A DNA stretch of 64,000 bases from an uncultured Alphaproteobacteria bacterium (GCA_938082345.1 CALLKZ010000019.1:1538-65537), one strand, 5' to 3'; positions 42,367-51,880 are shown, counted from the stretch's first letter. Notes: a model not told the origin generated them from the sequence alone. Numbers and translations: made by a program.

Positions 42367-43645
42367 GCGCGGTTTTGGGCCTAGCAGCGATCAACAAAAT
42401 ACGCCCTTTCGCGGCGGCGTTAGCGTTATTGACTGGCGGACTTCAATTTCCGGCGGCGTGCTTATACTGCTAGCGCTTATCATCGCCTTTTTGCTAGATA
42501 CGCCGTGGGAGAATGTTTCAACTTTTCGTATTTCCCGCCCCCGTGATGAATGGGCTGTTGGCAATCTGGTTGTGCCAAGCCAATGGTTCAACGTCATTGC
42601 GGCGGTCTTCCTCGCCTTTTTGGGAACCCGGCTGTTTTTGAAAGGCGGCGGGCGGTGGACCGCGCTGTTCCTTGGCGTTGGGTTGGTCGTTCTGGCGATA
42701 ACTTTTCTGGTTTGGGCGACGTCTGGCAAGGCTATTTCGCTGACAGGAATGATGCAAGCAACGGTGGTCCGCGCGGTGCCAATTGCGCTGGCCGCGGTTG
42801 CCGGAATTATGTGTGAGCGCGTTGCCGTGATCAATATTGCGATTGAAGGCATGTTGCTGGCCGGGGCTTTTGCTGGGGCGCTGTTTGGATCGCTGCTTGG
42901 CGGTTGGGCTGGAATTATCTGCGCGATGATGATCGGCGGATTGTTCGGCCTGTTGTTGGCAGCGTTGGTAATTACCTACCGCGTTGACCAAATTATCGCC
43001 GGAGTGGTGATCAATCTGTTTGTTCTGGGGTTGACCTCTTATGTTTCGAGTCAGGTATTTTCAGAATTTCGATGGCTGAATAAGGCAACGCCGTTCCGTG
43101 CGTTCAAGGTCCCTGTTCTTGGCGATATCCCGCTGATTGGACCAGTTTTCTTCAATCAGAATCTGTTTGTTTATGGGGCACTGATTCTGGTCACGATTTC
43201 CACCTATTACCTGTTTCATACACGGCATGGTCTTCGTGCCCGCGCGGTTGGTGAACACCCTCGTGCCGCCGACACGCTGGGCATCAACGTCATCAAAACA
43301 CGGTATGCGCATGTCATTGTCGCAGGTATGGTTGCCGGGTTTGGCGGGGCATGGTTCACCCTTGGATCCGTTGGCCGGTTTGACGAGAACATGACCTTTG
43401 GCAAAGGTTTCATCGGACTGGCGGCGATGATTTTTGGCCGCTGGCATCCGTTGGGAGCCTTAGCGGCGGCACTGGTCTTTGGCTTTGCCGATTCATTGCA
43501 GCAAAAACTATCAATCCTTAACACGCCGATTCCGTCAGAATTTCTGTCAATGGCGCCCTATATCGCCACCATTGTTGTGGTTGCAGGTTTGGTTGGAAGG
43601 GCCCGTCCACCCGCCGCAATTGGTAAGCCATATGTCAAAGACTAG
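42359..43645 (+). CDS. Nucleoside ABC transporter permease 2 with N-terminal extra TM segments
   Basis: ERVAVINIAIEG, RARAVGEHPRAADTLGI, GKGFIGLAAMIFGRWHP, PYIATIVVV. Confidence 0.92.
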   Translation: MSERGFGPSSDQQNTPFRGGVSVIDWRTSISGGVLILLALIIAFLLDTPWENVSTFRISRPRDEWAVGNLVVPSQWFNVIAAVFLAFLGTRLFLKGGGRWTALFLGVGLVVLAITFLVWATSGKAISLTGMMQATVVRAVPIALAAVAGIMCERVAVINIAIEGMLLAGAFAGALFGSLLGGWAGIICAMMIGGLFGLLLAALVITYRVDQIIAGVVINLFVLGLTSYVSSQVFSEFRWLNKATPFRAFKVPVLGDIPLIGPVFFNQNLFVYGALILVTISTYYLFHTRHGLRARAVGEHPRAADTLGINVIKTRYAHVIVAGMVAGFGGAWFTLGSVGRFDENMTFGKGFIGLAAMIFGRWHPLGALAAALVFGFADSLQQKLSILNTPIPSEFLSMAPYIATIVVVAGLVGRARPPAAIGKPYVKD

Positions 43646-43687
43646 GCCCAATGCAGGACAGTACGGATTTTTGCAGGAGTGTATCTG

Positions 43688-44101
43688 ATGAGCCTTGACC
43701 AAAAATTAGCCGATGACTTAATTACCGCTGCGATCGGGGCCATGGGCCGGGCCTATGCGCCCTATTCAAAGTTTCCTGTTGGGGCTGCTATTCTGGATGA
43801 GGATGGCGCGATTCATGTCGGTGCGAATGTTGAAAACGCCGCCTATCCAGTTGGTAACTGCGCCGAAGCAAGCGCCATTGCCGCGATGATTATGGCGGGC
43901 AAGCATAAAATCATGAAAATTGCCGTCGCCGGCGGCGATGGGAAAATGCTGTGCACGCCGTGCGGTGCATGCCGTCAACGAATCCGGGAATTTGCTGCAT
44001 TGGACACGCCGGTGTTGATTTGCGATCCCAACGGGTTCCGCGTGCAATTCTCATTGGAAACGCTTTTACCTGAAAGCTTTGGTCCTGAACATCTCAGCTA
44101 A
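43688..44101 (+). CDS. cdd: Cytidine deaminase (homotetrameric type)
   Basis: AYAPYSKFPVGAA, GANVENAAYP..NCAE, PCGACRQ. Confidence 0.95.
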   Translation: MSLDQKLADDLITAAIGAMGRAYAPYSKFPVGAAILDEDGAIHVGANVENAAYPVGNCAEASAIAAMIMAGKHKIMKIAVAGGDGKMLCTPCGACRQRIREFAALDTPVLICDPNGFRVQFSLETLLPESFGPEHLS

Positions 44102-44111
44102 ATTGACCAGT

Positions 44112-44756
44112 TTAGTTTGTGCCATAAATACGATCACCCGCATCGCCAAGACCCGGTAGAATATAACATTTATCATTCAATTCGCGATCAAGCGCCGCCG
44201 TGATGATCGCAATATCAGGATGCGCGTCCTGAAATGCGGCAATACCCTCTGGGGCAGCAACAAGACAGGCAAACACAATATCGCGAACGCCCATTTCACG
44301 AAGTTTGCTGGCCGCCATCGCGGCACTGCCGCCGGTTGCCAGCATTGGGTCACCCAGAATAACCTGACGCTTGGCAATATCGGTCGGCAGGCTGGTGTAA
44401 TAAGATACCGGCACCATCGTGTCATGGTCACGGTAAAGGCCCAGATGACCAACGCTGGCCTCAGGGCAAACCTGACTAAATCCGTCAATCAAGCCATTAC
44501 CAGCACGCAAAATCGACACCAGGCACGGATATGGTGCCTGCATACCGCGCGCCGTCATCGGCTCCAAAGGGGTCTCGATTTCAATGTTGGCAACCCTTAA
44601 CGCAGCGAACGCCGGATAGGCAAGAAGCCATGATAGCTCATGCAGGGTGTGGCGAAATTGATGCGGCGGAGTTTTACGATCACGAAGGATTGACAGTTTA
44701 TGATCAACCAGCGGGTGATCCATCACATGAACTGATGCCAAAGAAGGGGGCGCCAT
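44112..44756 (-). CDS. upp: Uracil phosphoribosyltransferase
   Basis: HPLVDHKLSILRD, VSILRAG, DPMLATGGSA, YILPGLGDAGDRIYGT; start taken at ATG 44756. Confidence 0.96.
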   Translation of the reverse strand: MAPPSLASVHVMDHPLVDHKLSILRDRKTPPHQFRHTLHELSWLLAYPAFAALRVANIEIETPLEPMTARGMQAPYPCLVSILRAGNGLIDGFSQVCPEASVGHLGLYRDHDTMVPVSYYTSLPTDIAKRQVILGDPMLATGGSAAMAASKLREMGVRDIVFACLVAAPEGIAAFQDAHPDIAIITAALDRELNDKCYILPGLGDAGDRIYGTN

Positions 44757-44791
44757 ATAAATCTCCGATGCCAAAATCTTGCTTTGTTTAA

Positions 44792-44827
44792 GCTGGAAAG
44801 ACATTAGATGTTTTTCCAGCGTTTTTC
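44792..44827 (+). terminator. 13-3-13 inverted repeat plus T-tract between divergent upp and tdk
   Basis: GCTGGAAAGACAT-TAG-ATGTTTTTCCAGC-GTTTTT. Confidence 0.55.
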
Positions 44828-44882
44828 CATTCACAAAAGCTCCGATGGGCGGCAGAATGACGCGTGTTTTTTTGAGGATCGA

Positions 44883-45464
44883 ATGGCAAAGCTTTATTTT
44901 TCTTATGCGGCGATGAATGCCGGAAAATCCACTATTCTTTTGCAGGCATCGCATAATTACCGCGAACGCGGAATGACAACGATGTTGATGACAGCAAAGC
45001 TGGACGACCGTTTAGCTACTGGGCGGATCGGCTCGCGGATCGGCATTGAGCAGCCAGCTTTTGCCTTTGCTGAATCGACCGATATGGCCGCGGTAATCAG
45101 TGCTGAGCACACCAAAACACCGGTCGATTGTGTATTGATTGATGAGGCGCAATTCCTTACCGACGCCCAAGTGTGGCAGCTTGCCGACCTTGTTGATCAA
45201 TTGCGTATTCCAGTTATGTGCTATGGGCTGCGGACCGATTTTCAGGGCAATCTTTTCCCGGGAAGCGCGCGCCTTCTTGCGCTGGCTGACGAGCTTCGCG
45301 AGATTCGCACAATCTGCCATTGTGGAAGTAAAGCCACGATGGTGGTCCGTCAGGATGGTGATGGTAAAGTGATTCGCGAAGGGGCGCAGGTGGAGATTGG
45401 CGGGAACGAGAAATATATCTCGCTCTGCCGAAAACATTGGGCGCAAGCAATGTCCGAAGTTTAG
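44883..45464 (+). CDS. tdk: Thymidine kinase
   Basis: MAKLYFSYAAMNAGKST, VLIDEAQF, YGLRTDF, ICHCG, YISLCRKH. Confidence 0.96.
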   Translation: MAKLYFSYAAMNAGKSTILLQASHNYRERGMTTMLMTAKLDDRLATGRIGSRIGIEQPAFAFAESTDMAAVISAEHTKTPVDCVLIDEAQFLTDAQVWQLADLVDQLRIPVMCYGLRTDFQGNLFPGSARLLALADELREIRTICHCGSKATMVVRQDGDGKVIREGAQVEIGGNEKYISLCRKHWAQAMSEV

Positions 45465-45478
45465 GCGTTTTAACAAAT

Positions 45479-45525
45479 CCCGAGCGTTTTACCGAAGCCC
45501 GAGTGTTTTGCCGAAGCCCGGGCGT
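45479..45525. repeat. 19-bp tandem repeat x2.5 between convergent tdk and dapB
   Basis: cccgagcgttttaccgaag / cccgagtgttttgccgaag / cccgggcgt. Confidence 0.8.
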
Positions 45526-45544
45526 GGGCCAAAATTTATGCGTG

Positions 45545-46366
45545 TCAGCCTGCCAACACATCTTCCATATTGTAGAATCCCGTTGCAGCTGAAGCGGCGA
45601 ATCGCGCAGCGCGCAATGCCCCGCGCGCAAAAATCACCCGATCATTGGCTTTGTGGGTAATTTCGACGCGCTCAGCCTCGCCAAAAAAGATAACTGAATG
45701 CTCGCCCGCAACATCACCGCCGCGCAGGACAGAAAATCCAATGTCACCCTTTTTGCGCGCTCCCGTTTGGCCTTGACGGACCATATCGGCGACATCATCA
45801 AGAGCAACCCCGCGCCCGCGCGCAGCCGCGTGACCCAGCGCCAACGCGGTCCCTGACGGGGCGTCAACCTTATGGTGATGATGCGTTTCCAGAACTTCGA
45901 TATCCCAGCCATCAACCAGCTGGGCCGCCACCTGTTCAACCAGATTGCCAATAAGCGTAACGCCGAGCGAGGTGTTGGCACAATATACCAGCGTGCTATG
46001 TTTCCCAGCAGCGGCAAGCAACTTTTCGTCATCAACGGTCAATCCGGTAGTGCCAACAACCAGCCCTACACTATGTTTTGCGGCAAGACCGGCATGCGCA
46101 ACGCTGGCAGCCGGGCTACTGAAATCAACAACGACATCGGCGTTTTGAAATAACACGGCCGGATCATCTGAGATGATCACCCCATTTTCGCCTGTTCCAG
46201 CCAGCTGGCCAGCATCCATATTGATGGCATCACTGCCGGGACGATCCGTTGCCGCGACAAGCTGCAAATCATCACTGGCGGCAATTTCCCTGATCAACAT
46301 CTGGCCCATTCGGCCAGCCGCGCCCGGAATGGCAATTTTTATTGGTGACTTTATTGATGGTGTCAT
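45545..46366 (-). CDS. dapB: 4-hydroxy-tetrahydrodipicolinate reductase
   Basis: GAAGRMG, VVDFS, VGTTG, ETHHHHKVDAPSGTA, RGGDVAGEH. Confidence 0.96.
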   Translation of the reverse strand: MTPSIKSPIKIAIPGAAGRMGQMLIREIAASDDLQLVAATDRPGSDAINMDAGQLAGTGENGVIISDDPAVLFQNADVVVDFSSPAASVAHAGLAAKHSVGLVVGTTGLTVDDEKLLAAAGKHSTLVYCANTSLGVTLIGNLVEQVAAQLVDGWDIEVLETHHHHKVDAPSGTALALGHAAARGRGVALDDVADMVRQGQTGARKKGDIGFSVLRGGDVAGEHSVIFFGEAERVEITHKANDRVIFARGALRAARFAASAATGFYNMEDVLAG

Positions 46367-46450
46367 CGTCTCAACCCTTTTCTCACCGATTGCGGCGAGA
46401 CTATAAAGCTGTCGCCAGCAGGGCAAGGGTTAAACGCATTTCGGCCCAAT

Positions 46451-46515
46451 GTTAAGGCCCGATGATAAGGCCCGTCGTTAGAGTCTATCGTTAGAGCCTG
46501 TCGTTAAGGCTTAAA
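46451..46515. repeat. Degenerate 13-bp tandem repeat x5 directly after the dnaJ stop
   Basis: gttaaggcccgat / gataaggcccgtc / gttagagtctatc / gttagagcctgtc / gttaaggcttaaa. Confidence 0.75.
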
Positions 46516-46516
46516 A

Positions 46517-47662
46517 TTAGGGTTTTTCAGCCCAGATTCGCCGCGCCCGTTTCAGAAAACTATCGGTCTCTGGACTGGTGTCCCCCGCCTCAGCGAATGA
46601 TTTCAGCAGGTCTTTCTGCCGCTTATTCAAATTGGTTGGTGTTTCCACCTGAACTTCGACGATTTGATCGCCGCGCGCATTCCGCCGCAAAATAGGCATT
46701 CCCTTGCTTCGCATCCGAAACCGTCGACCTGACTGGGTTCCGGGCTCAATCGTCAACCTGGCCATTTTGCCCTCAACCGTCGGAACATCGATTGTTCCAC
46801 CAAGCGCAGCTGTAGTCATTGGCAGGGGAATGCGGGTCATGATATCGGCGCCATCACGGTGCAAAATAGGGTGCGAATCAACCGCTATGAAAATATACAG
46901 ATCACCGGCAGCAGCACCACGAAGTCCGGCCTCCCCTTTGCCGGAAAGGCGAATCCGTGTTCCTGTATCAACCCCAGCCGGAACAGAAACCGACAGAATT
47001 TTGCTTTGCTGGACGCGTCCGTCACCACCACATGATTTACACGGATCAGAGATAACCTGTCCCATTCCCTGACAAGCGTGACAGGTTCGTTCAACGGCGA
47101 AAAATCCCTGCTGCGCACGAATGCGCCCGCTGCCGCCACATGTCCCGCAACTCCGCGGCTGACTGCCTTCTGATGACCCGGATCCGCCGCACCCATCACA
47201 CCCGACAGGAACGGTAACAGTTATATCACGCTGCACGCCGGTAAACGCCTCTTCCAGCGACACATTCATATCATAGCGAAGATCGTTTCCGGCATGATCG
47301 GGCTGGCTGGCGCGCCCACGCCCCGAAAATTCGGAGAACATCTGGTCAAAAATGTCTGAAAAGCCGCCGCCGCCACCGCCAAATCCACTCGCACCGAAAC
47401 CACCGCCGCCCGCGCCAGCATTATCAAACGCTGCATGTCCCATCCGGTCATAGGCGGCACGCTTTTGTGGATCTTTTAGAACATCATATGCTGCGGTAGC
47501 TTCACGAAACCGCTCACCAGCAGCCTCATCATCTGGATTGCGGTCCGGATGATTTTGCATGGCAAGCTTGCGATAAGCTATTTTCAGTTCTTTTTCGTCG
47601 GCATCCTGCGACACGCCGAGGACTTCGTAGAAATCACGCTTGCTCATGCCCGTTGCCGCCAC
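46517..47662 (-). CDS. dnaJ: Chaperone DnaJ
   Basis: J domain with HPD, G/F-rich region, four CxxCxGxG motifs. Confidence 0.98.
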   Translation of the reverse strand: MAATGMSKRDFYEVLGVSQDADEKELKIAYRKLAMQNHPDRNPDDEAAGERFREATAAYDVLKDPQKRAAYDRMGHAAFDNAGAGGGGFGASGFGGGGGGFSDIFDQMFSEFSGRGRASQPDHAGNDLRYDMNVSLEEAFTGVQRDITVTVPVGCDGCGGSGSSEGSQPRSCGTCGGSGRIRAQQGFFAVERTCHACQGMGQVISDPCKSCGGDGRVQQSKILSVSVPAGVDTGTRIRLSGKGEAGLRGAAAGDLYIFIAVDSHPILHRDGADIMTRIPLPMTTAALGGTIDVPTVEGKMARLTIEPGTQSGRRFRMRSKGMPILRRNARGDQIVEVQVETPTNLNKRQKDLLKSFAEAGDTSPETDSFLKRARRIWAEKP

Positions 47663-47737
47663 ACTATCTGATAAAGTTATTTGCTAAAGGAGAGGGGCCA
47701 CCCTTCCAGACAGCCCCGCTAATTCTGCCTGAAAGGC

Positions 47738-49642
47738 CTATTTTTTGTCAGCTTCGTCGTCGACCTCTTCAAAATCGGCATCGACAACGGTTTCATCGCC
47801 ACCTGTTGTTGCTCCCTCTTGGGATGGGTCCGCATCCTGCTCAGCTTGATAGGCAGCCTCGCCCATCTTCATCATCAACTGTGACAGCTCAGCAGATTTT
47901 GCTGTGACGCTTTCTATATCATCACTTTCAAGGGCTTCTTTTAAGGCAGCAATTCCAGCTTCGACTTCGGCCTTTGCTTCAGGTTCAGCTTTCTCACCAA
48001 GATCATCGATTGCTTTTTGCGCGCCATGCACCAAAGCTTCGCCCTGATTGCGCGTTTCAGCAGCATCGCGGCGTTTTTTATCTTCCTCGGCATTGGCTTC
48101 GGCCTCACTGACCATGCGGTCAATTTCGCTATCTTCCAGTCCACCAGACGCTTGAATCCGGATTTCCTGCTCTTTTCCGGTGGCTTTATCTTTCGCGCTG
48201 ACCTTAACGATGCCGTTGGCATCGATATCAAAAGTCACCTCAACCTGTGGAACACCCCGCGGGGCAGGGGCAATACCTTCCAGATTAAACTGGCCGAGAT
48301 GCTTATTATCAGAGGCCATTTCGCGCTCGCCCTGATAGACCGAAATGGTCACAGCGGACTGATTATCATCAGCAGTTGAGAAAACCTGACTTTTCTTTGT
48401 CGGGATTGTTGTATTGCGGTCAATCAGACGTGTGAAAACCCCGCCAAGGGTTTCAATGCCAAGCGACAATGGCGTCACGTCGAGAAGCAGAACATCCTTA
48501 ACCTCACCGGTCAGAACACCCGCCTGAATAGCCGCACCCGAGGCAACAACCTCGTCCGGGTTCACGCCGCGATGAGGTTCAGTTTCAAAAAATTCTTTCA
48601 CCGCTTCGATGATCTTTGGCATTCGGGTCATTCCGCCGACCAAAATTACTTCATCAATCTCGCTGGCCTTAATACCGGCATCTTTCAGCGCCGCTTTACA
48701 TGGCTTGATGGTACGCTGGATCAACTCCTCAACCAGCTGTTCCAGCTTGGAGCGGGTCATCTTTACATTCAGGTGCTTTGGTCCGGTTGCATCAGCGGTG
48801 ATAAAGGGAAGATTGACATCGGTCTGGATTGCCGAAGAAAGCTCAATCTTGGCTTTCTCAGCAGCTTCTTTTAGACGCTGGAGCGCGAGTTTGTCTTTAC
48901 GAAGATCGATACCCTCGCTCGATTTGAACTCATCAGCGAGGTACTGGATGATCTGATGATCAAAATCCTCTCCGCCAAGGAAGGTGTCTCCGTTTGTTGA
49001 TTTCACCTCAAAAACGCCGTCACCAACCTCAAGGATTGAAACGTCAAACGTGCCGCCGCCCAGGTCATAAACAACAATCAGACCCGATTCGCGCTGTTCC
49101 AGACCATAGGCCAAAGCCGCTGCGGTTGGCTCATTAATGATGCGCAGAACTTCAAGACCGGCAATTTTGCCAGCATCCTTGGTTGCTTGGCGCTGCGAAT
49201 CGTTAAAATAGGCTGGAACCGTGATCACAGCCTGCGTCACGCTTTCACCAAGATAGGCCTCGGCATCTTCTTTCAGTTTGCGAAGAACAAAGCTAGAAAT
49301 CTGGCTTGGTGAATAATCCTCGCCCTCAACCCGTACCCAAGCATCACCATTGCTGGAATCTGCTATTTCGTAGGGAACGAGTTCGGCGAATTTTTTCGTT
49401 GATTTGTCATCATGACGACGGCCAATCAGGCGTTTGATGGCGAATAGCGTGTTTTCCGGATTGGTTACGGCTTGGCGCTTTGCGGCCTGTCCGACAAGGC
49501 GTTCATCACCATCTGCAAAGGCAACCATTGACGGGGTGGTCCGGGCGCCTTCAGCGTTTTCAATCACACGCGCCTCTTTACCATCCATCACTGCTACGCA
49601 TGAATTTGTGGTTCCAAGGTCAATACCGATAACTTTGGCCAT
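47738..49642 (-). CDS. dnaK: Chaperone DnaK (Hsp70)
   Basis: [37 protein letters not shown]. Confidence 0.99.
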   Translation of the reverse strand: MAKVIGIDLGTTNSCVAVMDGKEARVIENAEGARTTPSMVAFADGDERLVGQAAKRQAVTNPENTLFAIKRLIGRRHDDKSTKKFAELVPYEIADSSNGDAWVRVEGEDYSPSQISSFVLRKLKEDAEAYLGESVTQAVITVPAYFNDSQRQATKDAGKIAGLEVLRIINEPTAAALAYGLEQRESGLIVVYDLGGGTFDVSILEVGDGVFEVKSTNGDTFLGGEDFDHQIIQYLADEFKSSEGIDLRKDKLALQRLKEAAEKAKIELSSAIQTDVNLPFITADATGPKHLNVKMTRSKLEQLVEELIQRTIKPCKAALKDAGIKASEIDEVILVGGMTRMPKIIEAVKEFFETEPHRGVNPDEVVASGAAIQAGVLTGEVKDVLLLDVTPLSLGIETLGGVFTRLIDRNTTIPTKKSQVFSTADDNQSAVTISVYQGEREMASDNKHLGQFNLEGIAPAPRGVPQVEVTFDIDANGIVKVSAKDKATGKEQEIRIQASGGLEDSEIDRMVSEAEANAEEDKKRRDAAETRNQGEALVHGAQKAIDDLGEKAEPEAKAEVEAGIAALKEALESDDIESVTAKSAELSQLMMKMGEAAYQAEQDADPSQEGATTGGDETVVDADFEEVDDEADKK

Positions 49643-49775
49643 GACTTATTCCTTTCTCATTCACCGATCTTCACCGAGGTAGGACCCCAGTGAAATATTC
49701 TCGACTTAAATCCATGCCTTACCCTGAGGGCGGCGATAATGGGACTAAGCTTTTAACGTTGAAATAATACCGTTC

Positions 49776-49803
49776 ATATGGGACGCCAATCTTTGGTTGC
49801 AAG
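49776..49803 (-). promoter_or_regulatory. RpoH (sigma32)-type promoter of dnaKJ
   Basis: CTTG-N17-CCCATAT on the minus strand, between the grpE stop and dnaK. Confidence 0.75.
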
Positions 49804-49824
49804 TACGGGCTGCTTGCTCCGCCG

Positions 49825-50553
49825 CTAATCTTTTTGCGGCGGCGGGTCTGTAGCAGGGGCCTTGGCCACACCAACCATCGCCGGTCGCAGCAACCTTTCA
49901 TGCAAAACATAGCCGTGCTGAACTACCTCAACCACCGTTCCGGGCTCTTGCTCGGCGGTTGGAACCTCAAACATGGCCTGATGGAAATTATAGTCGAACT
50001 TCTCGCCAAGCGGCTTAACTTGGCGAATGCCGTGACGCTCCATTGTTGACTGAATTTCAGACCAACTAAGTTCCAGTCCGGTAATGAGGCTCCCAATTGT
50101 TTCGGCCGACACCTGCTCATCAGCGGCAGGAGCGGCATCGATGGCGCGTGACAGATTATCTATCGCGCCAACCAGATCGCGTGAAAACCCTGTATGGCTA
50201 TATTTGCGCGCAGTTTCCATCTCGCGTTCGGTACGCCGACGCATATTTTCAACATCGGCTAAAGCTCGCAACAGCTGATCCTTTAGCGAGTCACGCTCAG
50301 CCAACAAGGCATCAAACGGATCAGCAGAACCCTCATCTTGAGACGAGGCGTCACCATCAGGGCCAAAATCTGATGCATCTTGAACGCCAGAATTATCGCC
50401 AGAATTATCGCCCGAATTATGGGGGCTCGGAGTCATGTCAGGGGTCGAACTTTCCTCTGCAGGGTCTGCTTGCTCCGGGTTCCCGGAAGTTGGGCCACCC
50501 TGCAAAAGAGTATCCTCCGGGGGTGTATCCCCAGTGTCATTCTGTTCTGTCAT
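49825..50553 (-). CDS. grpE: Nucleotide exchange factor GrpE (long acidic N-terminus)
   Basis: LLRALADVENMRRR, FDYNFHQAM, VVQHGYVLHERLLRPAMVGVAK; SGDN x3 12-bp repeat at 50386-50421. Confidence 0.97.
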   Translation of the reverse strand: MTEQNDTGDTPPEDTLLQGGPTSGNPEQADPAEESSTPDMTPSPHNSGDNSGDNSGVQDASDFGPDGDASSQDEGSADPFDALLAERDSLKDQLLRALADVENMRRRTEREMETARKYSHTGFSRDLVGAIDNLSRAIDAAPAADEQVSAETIGSLITGLELSWSEIQSTMERHGIRQVKPLGEKFDYNFHQAMFEVPTAEQEPGTVVEVVQHGYVLHERLLRPAMVGVAKAPATDPPPQKD

Positions 50554-50611
50554 TTCTCATCCTTCGCAAAAACACCGCACTGCACGGACAGCTCGCCCTT
50601 TGCGTAGAGTT

Positions 50612-50640
50612 ATTTAAGGAGGAATGCTGCATCATCCAAG
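50612..50640 (-). promoter_or_regulatory. RpoH (sigma32)-type promoter of grpE
   Basis: CTTG-N17-CCTTAAAT on the minus strand, about 60 bp upstream of the ATG. Confidence 0.6.
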
Positions 50641-50920
50641 TGGAAAACGCATAGTTTTTTCAAAAACATCGGCCGAATCGCCAATAATCGCCAATAAAAA
50701 CGCATTTTCGCGCTTAAAGAGCGAATTTCACGATCATCTTGACGCCAGAATTCGCCCCGCAATCGATTTGGATATGCTGATGTTATCTTGGCAAAATCTG
50801 GTTACAGCCAAATCTTGTCACTTAGTCTATTGCAACATTTATCATCGGGCTTAAACTATCGATTGAATCTAGGCATCCAAAATTTGATGCCCAAACTCTG
50901 GTTTGAAGGAGTAGCTGTTC

Positions 50921-51880
50921 ATGACGTCGGTGAGGCAGTCAATCACGGCTCAATCGATTACAGCTTTGTATGAAGAAGCTGAGCAACATGCAGGCGATGG
51001 CCCGCCGATGCTGGCACTTGTTCATTCAGCGCCAAATTCTGATTCGCTAACAAGTCCTGAGATAGGCCAAGACCCCGAGTTTGAACCAATTTCAATTACC
51101 CAGAGGCTCGAAACGCTGCATTATCTTGCCGAAAAAGAAGTTGCAACGGAAATCTTGCCCACCGAGCCGCCCACACCCAGCGCAATGGACACACCCTCCG
51201 ATCTTAATATGGGCGATATTCATGAATTGGTTCGGCAAGCGTGGGAAGATGATGCCGCTCTTGGAAATCAGGTAAAACCGGCGGTAGAAACGCTGCCAGA
51301 GTCCGACTCGGAGCCCAATATTGAGATCGCAATGGAGGAAATTGCAGCGGCGGTTGAAGACTCAACTCCCAATTCTGATTCCCAAACCTCGGATCAGAAG
51401 ATTTTGGATCAAAGTCTTTTGGATCAAAGTATTTCACGTCAAAATATCTCGAACGACAATTTAGCCGGCAGAAAAACCGAAAGTTCGAATGACCTGGCGA
51501 ATGACCCCGCACCCGCAAACGACACGGTAAATGACACCGGGAATGACACCGGGAATCACAAGGTGAACGACACCTTGATCGGGGATGTGAGCGAGGATGT
51601 AACCAGCAATTTTAGGGACTACATAAATGCCACAATCAGAAGCGAATTGCGCCTTGCTCTTGCTGACAGTCTGAGCAAGGACCTGAACGGCATTATTGGC
51701 GATATCATAAAGGATGTTGTGAGCGATACCGTAACGCAAATTCTTGACGGACCAGTTGCCAAAAAATCCACGGAGAAAAAGCCTGCAGCCAAGAAAGCTA
51801 CAGCAAAAAAACCTGCGTCGAAGAGAACCACATCAAAGAAATCCGCAGCAAAGAAAACTGTATCTAAAAAACGCAACTAG
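50921..51880 (+). CDS. Hypothetical acidic disordered protein with PopZ/DUF2497-like C-terminal helices and Lys/Ala-rich H1-like tail
   Basis: Strong SD (AAGGAG, 8 nt spacing); D/E/P/S/T-rich; IRSELRLALADSLSKDLNGIIGDIIKDVV; tail KKSTEKKPAAKKATAKKPASKRTTSKKSAAKKTVSKKRN. The CDS is well supported; the PopZ similarity is by eye. Confidence 0.75.
   Translation: MTSVRQSITAQSITALYEEAEQHAGDGPPMLALVHSAPNSDSLTSPEIGQDPEFEPISITQRLETLHYLAEKEVATEILPTEPPTPSAMDTPSDLNMGDIHELVRQAWEDDAALGNQVKPAVETLPESDSEPNIEIAMEEIAAAVEDSTPNSDSQTSDQKILDQSLLDQSISRQNISNDNLAGRKTESSNDLANDPAPANDTVNDTGNDTGNHKVNDTLIGDVSEDVTSNFRDYINATIRSELRLALADSLSKDLNGIIGDIIKDVVSDTVTQILDGPVAKKSTEKKPAAKKATAKKPASKRTTSKKSAAKKTVSKKRN

Noticed and set aside
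44757-44954. Apparent 66-aa N-terminal extension of Upp overlapping tdk head-to-head
   Set aside because: Upp homology starts near ATG 44756 and Tdk at ATG 44883; the extensions are chance open frames.
46451-46515. Repeat arrays considered as CRISPR or mini-CRISPR
   Set aside because: The units are contiguous with no unique spacers, too short, and there are no cas genes in the window.
50624-50854. 76-aa + strand ORF with AAGGAGG upstream, in the grpE/insert spacer
   Set aside because: The SD-like sequence is only 1 nt from the ATG and overlaps the reverse complement of the grpE RpoH -10 region. The peptide has no recognisable features.
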